NCBI GenBank assembly: GCA_965248695.1
Contig: CBDFKD010000002.1
Coordinates: 1,248,001-1,312,000, forward strand
Direction: 5' to 3'
From: Acidobacteriota bacterium
Lineage (GTDB): Bacteria; Acidobacteriota; UBA890; WLXD01
DNA length: 64,000 nt
The position numbers were made by a program, and so were the translations under genes. This document shows, piece after piece, positions 21,368-30,342 of the stretch; the first letter of the stretch is position 1; every line of letters begins with the position of its first letter. Below the pieces are notes generated by a model. It saw only the letters and a program-made list of their open reading frames with translations. It was not told the origin of the DNA and did not search any database.

Positions 21368-21463
21368 GGAAGGTGACCCATTGGATGGTCCAGTAACGGG
21401 GTTTACACTCGGAGGGCTCGCTGTCACCGCAGCGAAGGGGTTCGACTCCCTCACCTTCCGCTA
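21368..21463 (+). tRNA. Non-canonical tRNA-like RNA with a 9/3 cloverleaf (allo-tRNA-like); anticodon arm degenerate
   Basis: Acceptor GGAAGGTGA/TCACCTTCC (9 bp), discriminator G, then CTA. T arm GGG-TTCGACT-CCC. Long variable arm TCGCTGT-CACC-GCAGCGA. D arm ATTGG-ATGGT-CCAGT. Anticodon arm CGGG-GTTTACA-CTCG. Confidence 0.7.
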
Positions 21464-21513
21464 TCAGCATCCCATGGAAGGATAAGTGTAGCATCGACAG
21501 GAGGGCCTATCGA

Positions 21514-22293
21514 ATGGCGAAATCGCGTAGTCCTCGGAAGCCGTCAATTGACTTAGAGCGCGCAGTGGAGCTGGCCACGATACTTCACAGGCAGATTCTC
21601 AATCATTCTTCCGCCAAGGAAACCGTTCTGCAGCACTGGGGATACTCGCCGAAGAGCAGCAACGGGCTTGTGGCATTCGGAGCGTTGCGTCAGTTCGGAC
21701 TGATCGACCAGAGGCGCGGCCAAGACGCGAAACTTAGCCCCTTGGCTCTCGAGATTGTGCTGGATGAGCGGCCCGATTCTCCCGAACGCGACGAAGCTGT
21801 CTGTAGGGCAGCTTTGAATCCGATACTCCACCAGGAACTGTGGAGCAAGTACGCCGGTAAGCTACCTTCAGACGCTGAAATCAAGTTGTACTTGCAGCGT
21901 GACAAGAGCTTCACTCCGAAGGGTGCCGAAGATTTCATCAGCCAGTTTAGGGCAACAATCGCATATGCTAATCTGGACGCATCGGGCAACGGGGCCGAAG
22001 AAACAAGCCCCGAGCAACGGGAGCAAGACGAGTTGATCCCTTCCGAATCATCCGCAAACAGACAGCCCGCTACGCCACCGCGCGTGCCCCTAGAGGGCGT
22101 AGCGCAGATAGACCAGGCGACCTTCCCGCTCGATGAAGGGCCAGCGGTTCTGCAATGGCCAGCTGATCTCAGTCTCGCCAGCGTCGAAGAGTTCGAGGCC
22201 TGGCTTGATCTGGTGAAGAAGAAGGTCCGCCGTGCGTCAACAGCCCGTTCACGGCAGCCGGATACTGAGGATGACCGAAGTAGCGCCGACTGA
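21514..22293 (+). CDS. Hypothetical passenger protein, possible winged-helix N-terminus
   Basis: 259-aa ORF with RBS GGAGG; RSP..PSIDLE.A...WGYS..S..G..ALRQFGLI pattern. Function unknown. Confidence 0.7.
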   Translation: MAKSRSPRKPSIDLERAVELATILHRQILNHSSAKETVLQHWGYSPKSSNGLVAFGALRQFGLIDQRRGQDAKLSPLALEIVLDERPDSPERDEAVCRAALNPILHQELWSKYAGKLPSDAEIKLYLQRDKSFTPKGAEDFISQFRATIAYANLDASGNGAEETSPEQREQDELIPSESSANRQPATPPRVPLEGVAQIDQATFPLDEGPAVLQWPADLSLASVEEFEAWLDLVKKKVRRASTARSRQPDTEDDRSSAD

Positions 22294-22573
22294 GCTACAG
22301 CGCCACGTCGAGCGGCTGCACGGCTGCCACGCAGAGCACCAGAAGGCCGTAGCCGTCCGCGAGGAATTCCAGGGAGAGGTGGCTTGGGAAGGCGCGGTCC
22401 ATATCTACAGCCTCACGGACCATCCCTCAGCGACACGCTGCTACGCGTGGTCATCGCCCGTAGAGGGCTCCGAGAATCGCCGCTTTTACGCTGTATTGCA
22501 CACGGAGAGGGTTGATTCTCCTGTGAAGGCCGTCCGGGCGGCGATCGTAAGCGACCACGGGTCGCAAGCCTGA
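22271..22573 (+). CDS. Hypothetical 100-aa passenger protein
   Basis: RBS GAGG directly before ATG 22271; MTEVAPTELQRHVERLHGC...WEGAVHIYSLTDHPSATRCYAWSS...SPVKAVRAAI. Ends 7 nt before the right TIR. Confidence 0.75.
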   Translation: MTEVAPTELQRHVERLHGCHAEHQKAVAVREEFQGEVAWEGAVHIYSLTDHPSATRCYAWSSPVEGSENRRFYAVLHTERVDSPVKAVRAAIVSDHGSQA

Positions 22574-22614
22574 TTCCCGATTCAAATTAGGACACTACCA
22601 GGTCCCGCGGTGTC

Positions 22615-25600
22615 TTGCTTGTCGGGCTGGTGATATCGTCCTCGTCGGCTACTATGCCCCGACTCGGCCAAGTGCCGGCGGCTTCGTGGTTCAGCCCACC
22701 GCACAGAGCCGCGATCGTTTCGAGCGGGGAGGAGTCCTGGGGGCACGCCGCCGGCCGCGGAATCCTGGAGAGCGAATACCACATCCGGCAACTGCCGGTG
22801 GCCGGGTATCAGAGCGCCAACCGTGCTCAGGGCTACCGCGCAATCTACGAGGCCGACGGGTTCGTTCTCGAGCCTCGTGCTCCGGTGGCCCCCGGCTGGC
22901 GCCTGCAACTCCGGCTTGCCCGTATCAGCGTCGGAGCTGCGACGCTGGTGCCCATGGTCGCGCCAACGTTCCGCGTCGACGACAACAGGCTGCGCGTGGC
23001 GCACGAGGGGTTTCACATCGACTATCGCAACGACGAAACCGGGATGCGCCAGGACTTCGTCATCAGCAGCCCGCCGCAGGAGCCAGTTGCGCGCATCATT
23101 GTGGAGCTTGCGATTGCCGGCACTCTCGACGCTGATCTTCGTTCGGCACACGAAGTCGCCTTCGTCGATCCGGCGACCGCGAAACGCGTGGTGGCGTATC
23201 GAGACCTTCAAGCCCAGGACGCCACCGGCCGACGTCTCCCCGCCAGCATGCAACTCGAGGCGCGGGAGTTGCGACTCGAGGTCGACGCCACCGGGGCGAC
23301 GTTCCCGGTTACGATCGATCCCCTCTCGACGACGTCGGTGTGGAGCACTAACGGCGTAGTAAATTCGTGGCACGGCCGCAGCGTCGCGGGCGTCGGAGAC
23401 GTCAACGGCGATGGCTACGACGACGTCCTGGTCGGCGCCCCGGAGCAGAACTTGGCCACCGGCCAGGTTTTTCTCTACAACGGAGCGGCCGACGGCAACC
23501 TGACAGTGGGATTCCAGGCCGGAGGTAACGGTCCTGGCGAGAACTTCGGGCGGAGCGTCGCCCCGGCAGGCGACTTCAACAACGACGGCTACGCCGACTT
23601 CGTCGTCGGCTATCCCGGGGGCGGGCCGGTAGGCCAAGGGATGGTCTTCGTCTACCGCGGTGGACCGGTCAGCCCTGCCTACGAGATTGCCTGGGCCGGA
23701 ATCTCGGGTCAGAACAGCCTGTTCGGTTTCAGCGTCGCCAGCGGCGATGTGAACTGCGACGGCTTCATCGACATCGCCGTCGGAGACCCGTACCTGAACG
23801 CTGGATCCGGCTTTGTGGGACGGGTGCACATTTATTTCGGCTCGGCCGGCGGCTTTCCGAGCGCCGCGGATTGGACTGCCGACGGCGACATAGCCAACCT
23901 CCAATACGGCTACTCGTTGGCCATCGCCGACGTCAACGGCGGCTGTGACGACCTGGTCGTGGGCGCGCCTGGAGGGACTGAAGGCCTCACTTCCGACGTC
24001 GACGGGTTCGTCGACATATTCGCCGGCGTAGCGGGCGGAGCGCCTGCTAGCTCGCCCTCCTGGACGCTGTCGGAGCCCGGGATCGCGAACTTCGGCAACC
24101 GTGTCGCGCCTGCCGGTGATCTCAACGGCGACGGCTACGACGAGATACTGATCTCGTGGCCGACGTACTGGGTCAACTCCTCGACAGACCAGACGGGCAC
24201 TGTGTCCGTCTACTACGGCAGCGCTTCTGGACCAATGACCGGCAGCACCTCCGTTTGGCAAGCACAGGGCCCGGTCGGGATGCAATCCCGTTTCGGCAGC
24301 GGCATTTCCACCGCCGGGGATGTCAACGGGGACGGATACGACGACATTGTCGTTGGCGCCCGCGCGGCTAACGAGGCCCACGTCTACTTCGGCTCAGCGG
24401 GGGGCCTGGCAGAGGTGCCGAATGTTTCGAGCACCGGGCCGACGTTGGCGCCGGACTGGACCGCCCAGGGGGCAGCTCCCGGAGATTGGTATGGAGATGC
24501 CGTCGCCGGTGCCGGCGACGTCAACGGCGACGGCGTCGATGATGTGCTCGTCGGAGCGCCGCACGAAAGCAGCGTGGGCAACTGGAACGGCCGCGTCTAC
24601 GTTTACTTGGGAATCCGAGTCGGTCTCCCCGCTGCCGCCGACTGGAGCTATCCCAACGGAGCCCAGAGCACGGCGGTGCTCCAGAGCCTTGACGAGGCCT
24701 TGCTGGGGTTGAGCGTCGACAACCGAGGCGACATCAACGACGACGGCTATGACGACATCGCTGTCGGCGCACCCTGGTACGACACCGGCGTCGTCGACGG
24801 CGGCGCGGTCTTCGTATTCCATGGCGGAGCCGCAGGTCCGTCGCTGAACTACAACTCCGTCAAGACGGTCACCGACGTCCCCTACGCCCACTTCGGATAC
24901 AGCGTCGCGTTCGTGCGTCAATCCGACGATGACCCGTTCGACAAGCTGCTGGTGGGAGCCCCCGACTACGACAATCGGGGCCGCGTCTACCTCTACCCGG
25001 GCTCTAGTTCCGGGTTGGTGGGCTCTCCTTCATGGGTTCGTGGAGTATCACGGCAATTCGCCAAATACGGCCACAGCGTCGCGTCCGCCGGCGATACCAA
25101 CGAGGACGGCTACGAGGACGTTATCGTCGGTGCCCCCAGCCATGATTGCTACTCCTGCAACTCGCTGACGCGGGAGGGACGGATCTACATCTACTATGGC
25201 GCTTCCTCGGGGCTGAACAGTGGCCTCGCCGAGACCCGGATCGAGGGCGATGTGAGCTACTCGCGATTCGGTCATAGTGTCGGGGCGGCCGGCGACGTCA
25301 ACGCCGACGGTGTAGACGATGTGGTCGTCGGCGCGCCCTACTACCGAAACGGGCAGTTCAGAGAGGGTCGTGGCTACGTGTTCGCCGGCGTCTCGGGCAC
25401 TGGCGTAGCAACTCCGGCGATGTGGACGGCGGAAAGCAACCAGATCATGGCCCAGTTCGGCGCCAGCGTGGCGGGAGCCGCAGACATCTTCGGCGACGGG
25501 GTCGCCGACATCGTGATCGGCGCCCCGCGATACGACCCTTCCGGGCAGTCGCGGGGCGCCGCCTTCGTGTACAGCGGCTCGGAAATCGGGCTGTGGACGG

Positions 25601-25953
25601 CGGCCGGCTCGACGATGCTCGGCTACTGGCCGACCGGGCAACTCGGGCACGCCGTGTCTGCCGCGGACGTCGACGGCGATGGCCTCGCCGACGTTGTGGT
25701 TGGCGCTCCGTACTACGAAGACGGTGAGGTCAACGAAGGAGCAACCTTCGCTTACTACGGTTCTCCTGCCGGGATCGGGCCGCTTCCCGACTGGACCATG
25801 GAGGGTGGGGCCACGTTCGCGCGATTGGGCTTTGCCCTCGTCGGGGGCGGAGACGTGAACGGCGATGGTGTGGCCGACGTCGTGCTGACTGCTCCGTCCG
25901 CGGTCGGACAGGGTCCCGGCGGGCTGCAACTGTACTTGGGCGTGGCGCGCTAG
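22615..25953 (+). CDS. FG-GAP / integrin-alpha beta-propeller repeat protein; original 5' codons (20385-20413) separated by the IS
   Basis: Many repeats of FG.SVA.AGDVNGDGYDD..VGAP. Removing the IS and one TSD restores an in-frame GTG start at 20385. Confidence 0.9.
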   Translation: MLVGLVISSSSATMPRLGQVPAASWFSPPHRAAIVSSGEESWGHAAGRGILESEYHIRQLPVAGYQSANRAQGYRAIYEADGFVLEPRAPVAPGWRLQLRLARISVGAATLVPMVAPTFRVDDNRLRVAHEGFHIDYRNDETGMRQDFVISSPPQEPVARIIVELAIAGTLDADLRSAHEVAFVDPATAKRVVAYRDLQAQDATGRRLPASMQLEARELRLEVDATGATFPVTIDPLSTTSVWSTNGVVNSWHGRSVAGVGDVNGDGYDDVLVGAPEQNLATGQVFLYNGAADGNLTVGFQAGGNGPGENFGRSVAPAGDFNNDGYADFVVGYPGGGPVGQGMVFVYRGGPVSPAYEIAWAGISGQNSLFGFSVASGDVNCDGFIDIAVGDPYLNAGSGFVGRVHIYFGSAGGFPSAADWTADGDIANLQYGYSLAIADVNGGCDDLVVGAPGGTEGLTSDVDGFVDIFAGVAGGAPASSPSWTLSEPGIANFGNRVAPAGDLNGDGYDEILISWPTYWVNSSTDQTGTVSVYYGSASGPMTGSTSVWQAQGPVGMQSRFGSGISTAGDVNGDGYDDIVVGARAANEAHVYFGSAGGLAEVPNVSSTGPTLAPDWTAQGAAPGDWYGDAVAGAGDVNGDGVDDVLVGAPHESSVGNWNGRVYVYLGIRVGLPAAADWSYPNGAQSTAVLQSLDEALLGLSVDNRGDINDDGYDDIAVGAPWYDTGVVDGGAVFVFHGGAAGPSLNYNSVKTVTDVPYAHFGYSVAFVRQSDDDPFDKLLVGAPDYDNRGRVYLYPGSSSGLVGSPSWVRGVSRQFAKYGHSVASAGDTNEDGYEDVIVGAPSHDCYSCNSLTREGRIYIYYGASSGLNSGLAETRIEGDVSYSRFGHSVGAAGDVNADGVDDVVVGAPYYRNGQFREGRGYVFAGVSGTGVATPAMWTAESNQIMAQFGASVAGAADIFGDGVADIVIGAPRYDPSGQSRGAAFVYSGSEIGLWTAAGSTMLGYWPTGQLGHAVSAADVDGDGLADVVVGAPYYEDGEVNEGATFAYYGSPAGIGPLPDWTMEGGATFARLGFALVGGGDVNGDGVADVVLTAPSAVGQGPGGLQLYLGVAR

Positions 25954-26099
25954 ATCATCAACGGTGAACGATGAACAGCGCTGACCGGGTCTGCGACTCA
26001 CTGCGCCGCCGACGGGACGGTGTCCTTCGCGTCGCCGACGCTGATCGTCAGCGCAGAAGGGTCATAGCTGAGAACGACTATCTGGCGTCGACCGACACC

Positions 26100-27413
26100 T
26101 CAGCCCCAGCGCCCGGTCAAATCTAGTAGGCGCGCGACGTCGGCGGCGTTGTTGAACAACGCCACGCCGACGCGAATCTGCCCACCGTCGACACGCAGCG
26201 ATGCCTTGATGCCGGCCTCGTCGAGCTGTCGCCGCACGGTGTCGGGATCACCACCGTGCTCGAAGGCGACGATGGCCGAGCGGTTGCCGGCAGGCGTCCA
26301 CACCGCGAAACCCTGATCGGCGAGACCGGCACGGACCGCCTGCGCCAACCCCACGGTGTGGCTCTCGATGCGATCCACGCCGACCTCGTGCAGGTAATCG
26401 AGAGCTGCGCTGAGCTGGTACACGGCGCCGAACGACATGGTGGCATAGCCGTACTTGCGACCGTCGGCGTGCAGCTCGTAGCGATGATCGGGGAGCTCGC
26501 GGGCGATGTTGAGCGAGCCGCTGCGATCGATGTCGATACGGTCCAGCAAAGCTTCGCGTACATAGAACGGCGCCACACCGTAGCCACCGAGCAACCACTT
26601 GTAGGTACCAGCGGTGAGGAAGTCGATGCCGGTCTGGCGCACGTCGATCTGCAGCATGCCGATCCCCTGAATGGCATCGGCATAGAGGTATGCGCCATGC
26701 GCATGGGCGAGGTCGGCGAGCGCTTTCAGGTCGTGCACGTAGCCGTTCTGATGCGAGACCCACGACACCGAGATCAAGCGGGTGCGGTCATCGACGAGGG
26801 CAGCGAACGCTTCCGGTGGCGCCGCTCCGTGCTCGTTGCGTGCGATGCGCAGCTCGATGCCGTGGCTGTCCTCGAGCCGCCGGTAGAGCGCGAAGGTGGT
26901 CTCGTAGTGCAGGTCGCTGATCACGACGTTGTCGCCCGGCTGCAGATTCAACGCCCGGGTAACTATGTTCTCGCCGTCGCTGGTGGCGTAGAGCACGCCG
27001 ACCTCCGACTGCGTCGCTCCGACCAGACGCGCGAACTTGGCACGCGCGGCATCCGTCTCATCGAGCATCGGCCGCAACATGACCGGATCGTGGGCCTTGG
27101 CTCTCAGAAACTCGGTGCCGCGCTCGACGACCTGTCGTGGCGAGGGGGTGATGCAGGCGGAGTTCAGGTAGGTGCCGGAATCGACGATCGGAAAGTCGGC
27201 GCGTACGCCGAGAGGGTCGTCGAGTGTCGGGGTCCGCTTCGAGGCCCGCGCCACACCAGCGGCGGGGCCGACGGCGCCAAGTGGACCCAGCAACGTCGCC
27301 GCCGACGCCGAGCCGAGAAAGCACCGTCGCGTGCTGGTCGGCGTGTCGCTGTCGTCTCCGGCGCGACCTCGCGTTGCTAACGACGGGAGCTTGTCTTCGT
27401 CGCTATCGGCCAT
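26100..27413 (-). CDS. Class V PLP aminotransferase (cysteine desulfurase/selenocysteine lyase-like) with a Tat-like leader
   Basis: YLNSA, DAIQGIG, GTYKWLLG (PLP lysine); TRRCFLG leader. Confidence 0.85.
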   Translation of the reverse strand: MADSDEDKLPSLATRGRAGDDSDTPTSTRRCFLGSASAATLLGPLGAVGPAAGVARASKRTPTLDDPLGVRADFPIVDSGTYLNSACITPSPRQVVERGTEFLRAKAHDPVMLRPMLDETDAARAKFARLVGATQSEVGVLYATSDGENIVTRALNLQPGDNVVISDLHYETTFALYRRLEDSHGIELRIARNEHGAAPPEAFAALVDDRTRLISVSWVSHQNGYVHDLKALADLAHAHGAYLYADAIQGIGMLQIDVRQTGIDFLTAGTYKWLLGGYGVAPFYVREALLDRIDIDRSGSLNIARELPDHRYELHADGRKYGYATMSFGAVYQLSAALDYLHEVGVDRIESHTVGLAQAVRAGLADQGFAVWTPAGNRSAIVAFEHGGDPDTVRRQLDEAGIKASLRVDGGQIRVGVALFNNAADVARLLDLTGRWG

Positions 27414-27443
27414 CCATCTTCACCGTCTGACTGCCTACTCTCG

Positions 27444-29672
27444 TCAATCCGTTGGCGGGCTCACCCAAACCGGAACATCCCGCTCGATCGTCACTCCCGA
27501 CACCATGTCGTTGACGTTGACCACGAAGGTGTAGAAACCGCTGGGGAGACCGGTCGGCAGCAGCGCGTTGACCAGCATCTGCGTGGCCCCGGTAGCCGGG
27601 TCGCGCATGCTTCCCACCACCTCGGCCGTGTCGAGCGCCATGGGCTCGCCCTCGGGCGGCCGTAGTCGCACGCCCACCGCCGACTGCGTCTGACCGGTGA
27701 ACGGGTTGGGCACCAGGTTGTGCACCACCAGATACAGCTGCTGCATGGAGCCGGGCGGGCCCGCGGCGCGCGCCGTGGGGGTGAGCTCGGTGTCGCCGAT
27801 AACGAACGGGTACGCAACCGGACCGTCCGCCTTGGTTGGCGGCGGTGCAGCCGGATCGATGCCGCGTACGATCAACCCGGGATGCTGCCAGTCGATCGCC
27901 ACCGGACCGGCGACCGCAAGTCCGGGCTCGGTGTAATTCGGCACGTCCGTATCGATGTTGAAGGCGCTGATTCGACCCACTTCGTTGTCGCGCACGATCA
28001 CTCGTACCTGTCGGCTACCGGCGCGCGACCACAGCAGATCGTAAAAGCGTAGCGGGAGTCCGGCGACCGGCGAGCTGCGCATCGACTCCATATCGAGGCC
28101 GACCTGCCCGTTGGACAAGTCGAGCATGGATCCGTCGTCCGCGAGCACGTAGCTGAAGATCTCCAGCTCGACGCGGTTGTCCTCACCACTACTCTCGAGA
28201 TCCTCCAGCTGTTCCCAGGGAACCTCTACCACCGTCGCCACTCGGCTCACCTCGCCGTCGCCGACGAACGGAACGGTGGTCATGTCGAACGTCATGTCGC
28301 GATCGACGATCCCCTTGGTGATGAACTCGGCGAGCTGTGCCTGTCGCTGCATCGGGTTCATGTCGGTGTATGCGATCGGCGAGGCCAGGCTCTCCGGGGC
28401 CCACGACACCTCCACATCGGACCCCGTCGTCTCGACATCGATGTCGAGGACACCGGAGTCGTCGCGCTGACGCGCGAAGGCGAGCACGTAGTAGGCGCGT
28501 GTAGAGCGCTCCAGCTCGCCGAGTGCGCTGCTGAGATCGTTGGTGTCCCAGGTAGTCGTGCCGCCAGTCTCGGCCGCGAAGGCGTTGAGCGCACTGCGCG
28601 ACGAGCCGCGCTGGTCGAAGGTACCGGCCGCGATCCCACCGGCAGCGAGACCGGCATTGCGCCCTCCGCCCACGCCACTGGGATCGACCACGTGGATGAC
28701 GGCGTCGGCAGCACGCAGCTCGTCGAAGCTGTCATCGAGCGCTGAGCGCACTTCGGCGCTACCGAAACGCTCTTCGACGTCGGAAGCGGCCAGCGCCTCG
28801 CCCGCATTGCTCTGAATGGCGGCGGTCGTGGCAGCAAGCTGATCAAGTGACTGGCCGGTGATCACCCGATCGTCGAAGCCGGTGGAAAAGAAGACGACGT
28901 GCTTGCGACCGCGGATCGCCTGCAGCATCTGACCGAGGGCTCCAACCTGTTCGGCGTAGCTCGCTACCACACCGGTGTACTGTTGAAACTCGAGCGAGGC
29001 GACGTTGCGAACCAACTCTCCGGCAACCTCGGCACCGCGGGTCGGGTCCTGATCCGGCTGCAACGCCGTCTCGAGCTCGCCGGCTATGAAGCCGGCGCGA
29101 TCGATGGTGCGGCTTGCCTGCACCAATCCGAGACCGGCGACGCCTTCGAGCACCTGTCGTCGATCGCGCGTCAGCGGCACGAGCAAACGCACCCCACTGA
29201 CCGTGGAGAAGGTCGCCACGCCCACGAGGTCGCGCTGATGCACCTGGGTCCGAATGAACTCCTGCGCCGACTGTTGGGCGGCCAGCACCCCGCGCGGCGT
29301 ATTGAATCCGACGTCGAAGAACAGTACCCACTGACGCCACGCAGCCGGCGGCATGGCGTCGAGATCGACCATGCCGCCTTCATCGCCGCGGCCCAAATCG
29401 ACCTCATAGACGGTGGTCAGTTCGCGCTCCTTGCCGTCTACGCGTAGCCGGAAATCAGAGGTCCCGAGCCGCGAGGCGAAGTTGCCCGAGCGGTCGGCCA
29501 CCGACACCTGCAACTGAACAACTTCGACGCGGCTACGGAACTGTGGCCGTTGCTGCGCCATCGATAGCGGCGCCGAGGCGACCGTCATGGTTAGGAGCGT
29601 GACTACCAGCCATCGCGTACCGATGGACAGATCACGACTGTAAGAGTTCACCAGCACGCCAGGACGTCTCAT
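27444..29672 (-). CDS. VWFA-related acidobacterial domain protein
   Basis: Signal peptide, then FRSRVEVVQLQVSVADRSG, LFFD, GRKHVVFFSTGF, AETGG, YYVLAF. Confidence 0.8.
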   Translation of the reverse strand: MRRPGVLVNSYSRDLSIGTRWLVVTLLTMTVASAPLSMAQQRPQFRSRVEVVQLQVSVADRSGNFASRLGTSDFRLRVDGKERELTTVYEVDLGRGDEGGMVDLDAMPPAAWRQWVLFFDVGFNTPRGVLAAQQSAQEFIRTQVHQRDLVGVATFSTVSGVRLLVPLTRDRRQVLEGVAGLGLVQASRTIDRAGFIAGELETALQPDQDPTRGAEVAGELVRNVASLEFQQYTGVVASYAEQVGALGQMLQAIRGRKHVVFFSTGFDDRVITGQSLDQLAATTAAIQSNAGEALAASDVEERFGSAEVRSALDDSFDELRAADAVIHVVDPSGVGGGRNAGLAAGGIAAGTFDQRGSSRSALNAFAAETGGTTTWDTNDLSSALGELERSTRAYYVLAFARQRDDSGVLDIDVETTGSDVEVSWAPESLASPIAYTDMNPMQRQAQLAEFITKGIVDRDMTFDMTTVPFVGDGEVSRVATVVEVPWEQLEDLESSGEDNRVELEIFSYVLADDGSMLDLSNGQVGLDMESMRSSPVAGLPLRFYDLLWSRAGSRQVRVIVRDNEVGRISAFNIDTDVPNYTEPGLAVAGPVAIDWQHPGLIVRGIDPAAPPPTKADGPVAYPFVIGDTELTPTARAAGPPGSMQQLYLVVHNLVPNPFTGQTQSAVGVRLRPPEGEPMALDTAEVVGSMRDPATGATQMLVNALLPTGLPSGFYTFVVNVNDMVSGVTIERDVPVWVSPPTD

Positions 29673-29692
29673 TTTCGTCGCCGAATGAGACG

Positions 29693-30136
29693 CTACTTGC
29701 GCATCGCGGCGGCGAGGGAATCGATGTAGAGGTCTACGCCGCTGCCGAGCTCGTACGCCTGGCGAGCGTCACCACCGCTGGACAGCGCGGCGATGACTTG
29801 CTGATCCCGTTCCAGAACCAGGTCGCGGAGGCTGGCCCGGGCAGCATGACTGATGGCCGCGGACGCGGTCCTGCGCCGCACGACACGCCGAGTCCGCGTG
29901 CGCCGAACCTTGCGCCGGCCATTGCCGACTTTCTTGCGCTTCTTGGTTCCGGAACGACGCTTGATCGGTACCACATATGTGGCATTGAAGCTGCGCGTCG
30001 ACTGCTTGCGCACCGACTTGTCTGCGCGCTCCGCTACCTTGCGGAAATCATCAGTCGTGGCGTCCGGGTTCTTAGCATACAGTCGCGCGACCGCTGCCTT
30101 CACTTTCTCGATAGCTGGCATGGATTCTGGCCTCAT
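29693..30136 (-). CDS. Small, highly basic hypothetical protein
   Basis: Central Lys/Arg-rich tract (KRRSGTKKRKKVGNGRRKVRRTRTRRVVRRR) between two helical-looking segments; fills the gap between genes. Confidence 0.6.
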   Translation of the reverse strand: MRPESMPAIEKVKAAVARLYAKNPDATTDDFRKVAERADKSVRKQSTRSFNATYVVPIKRRSGTKKRKKVGNGRRKVRRTRTRRVVRRRTASAAISHAARASLRDLVLERDQQVIAALSSGGDARQAYELGSGVDLYIDSLAAAMRK

Positions 30137-30342
30137 CTATGTGGGGAACTTGACGCGGTCGTGACTCGCACTACGAATAACGCCTGCTTTCAAAGAACTC
30201 ACGCGCGTCCCAAAGCCCGCCGAGTCTACGCCGGTCAGTCAGGCTCTGCAAATGCGATTTCTCTGTTGCGAACGAGGTTCGGCGCTATCGAGCGTCGATA
30301 CAATGTGCACATCGAGAAACTCTCCAAGAGGAGCGCACTGCC

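Larger units (their letters stand above)
20414..22599. mobile_element. IS1-family (ISMhu11-like) transposon with passenger genes, 2,186 bp
   Basis: Perfect 19-bp TIRs GGTAGTGTCCTAATTTGAA (20414-20432) and TTCAAATTAGGACACTACC (22581-22599). 8-bp direct repeat AGGTCCCG at 20406-20413 and 22600-22607. Interior is visibly less GC-rich than the flanks. Confidence 0.93.

Noticed and set aside
21368-21463. selC (tRNA-Sec) or a canonical tRNA-Val
   Set aside because: There is no TCA anticodon, the fold is 9/3 rather than 8/5 or 7/5, and the TAC register has no proper anticodon stem.
23380-25890. DNA repeat array within the FG-GAP gene
   Set aside because: Fully explained by protein-level GDVNGDG/VGAP repeats.
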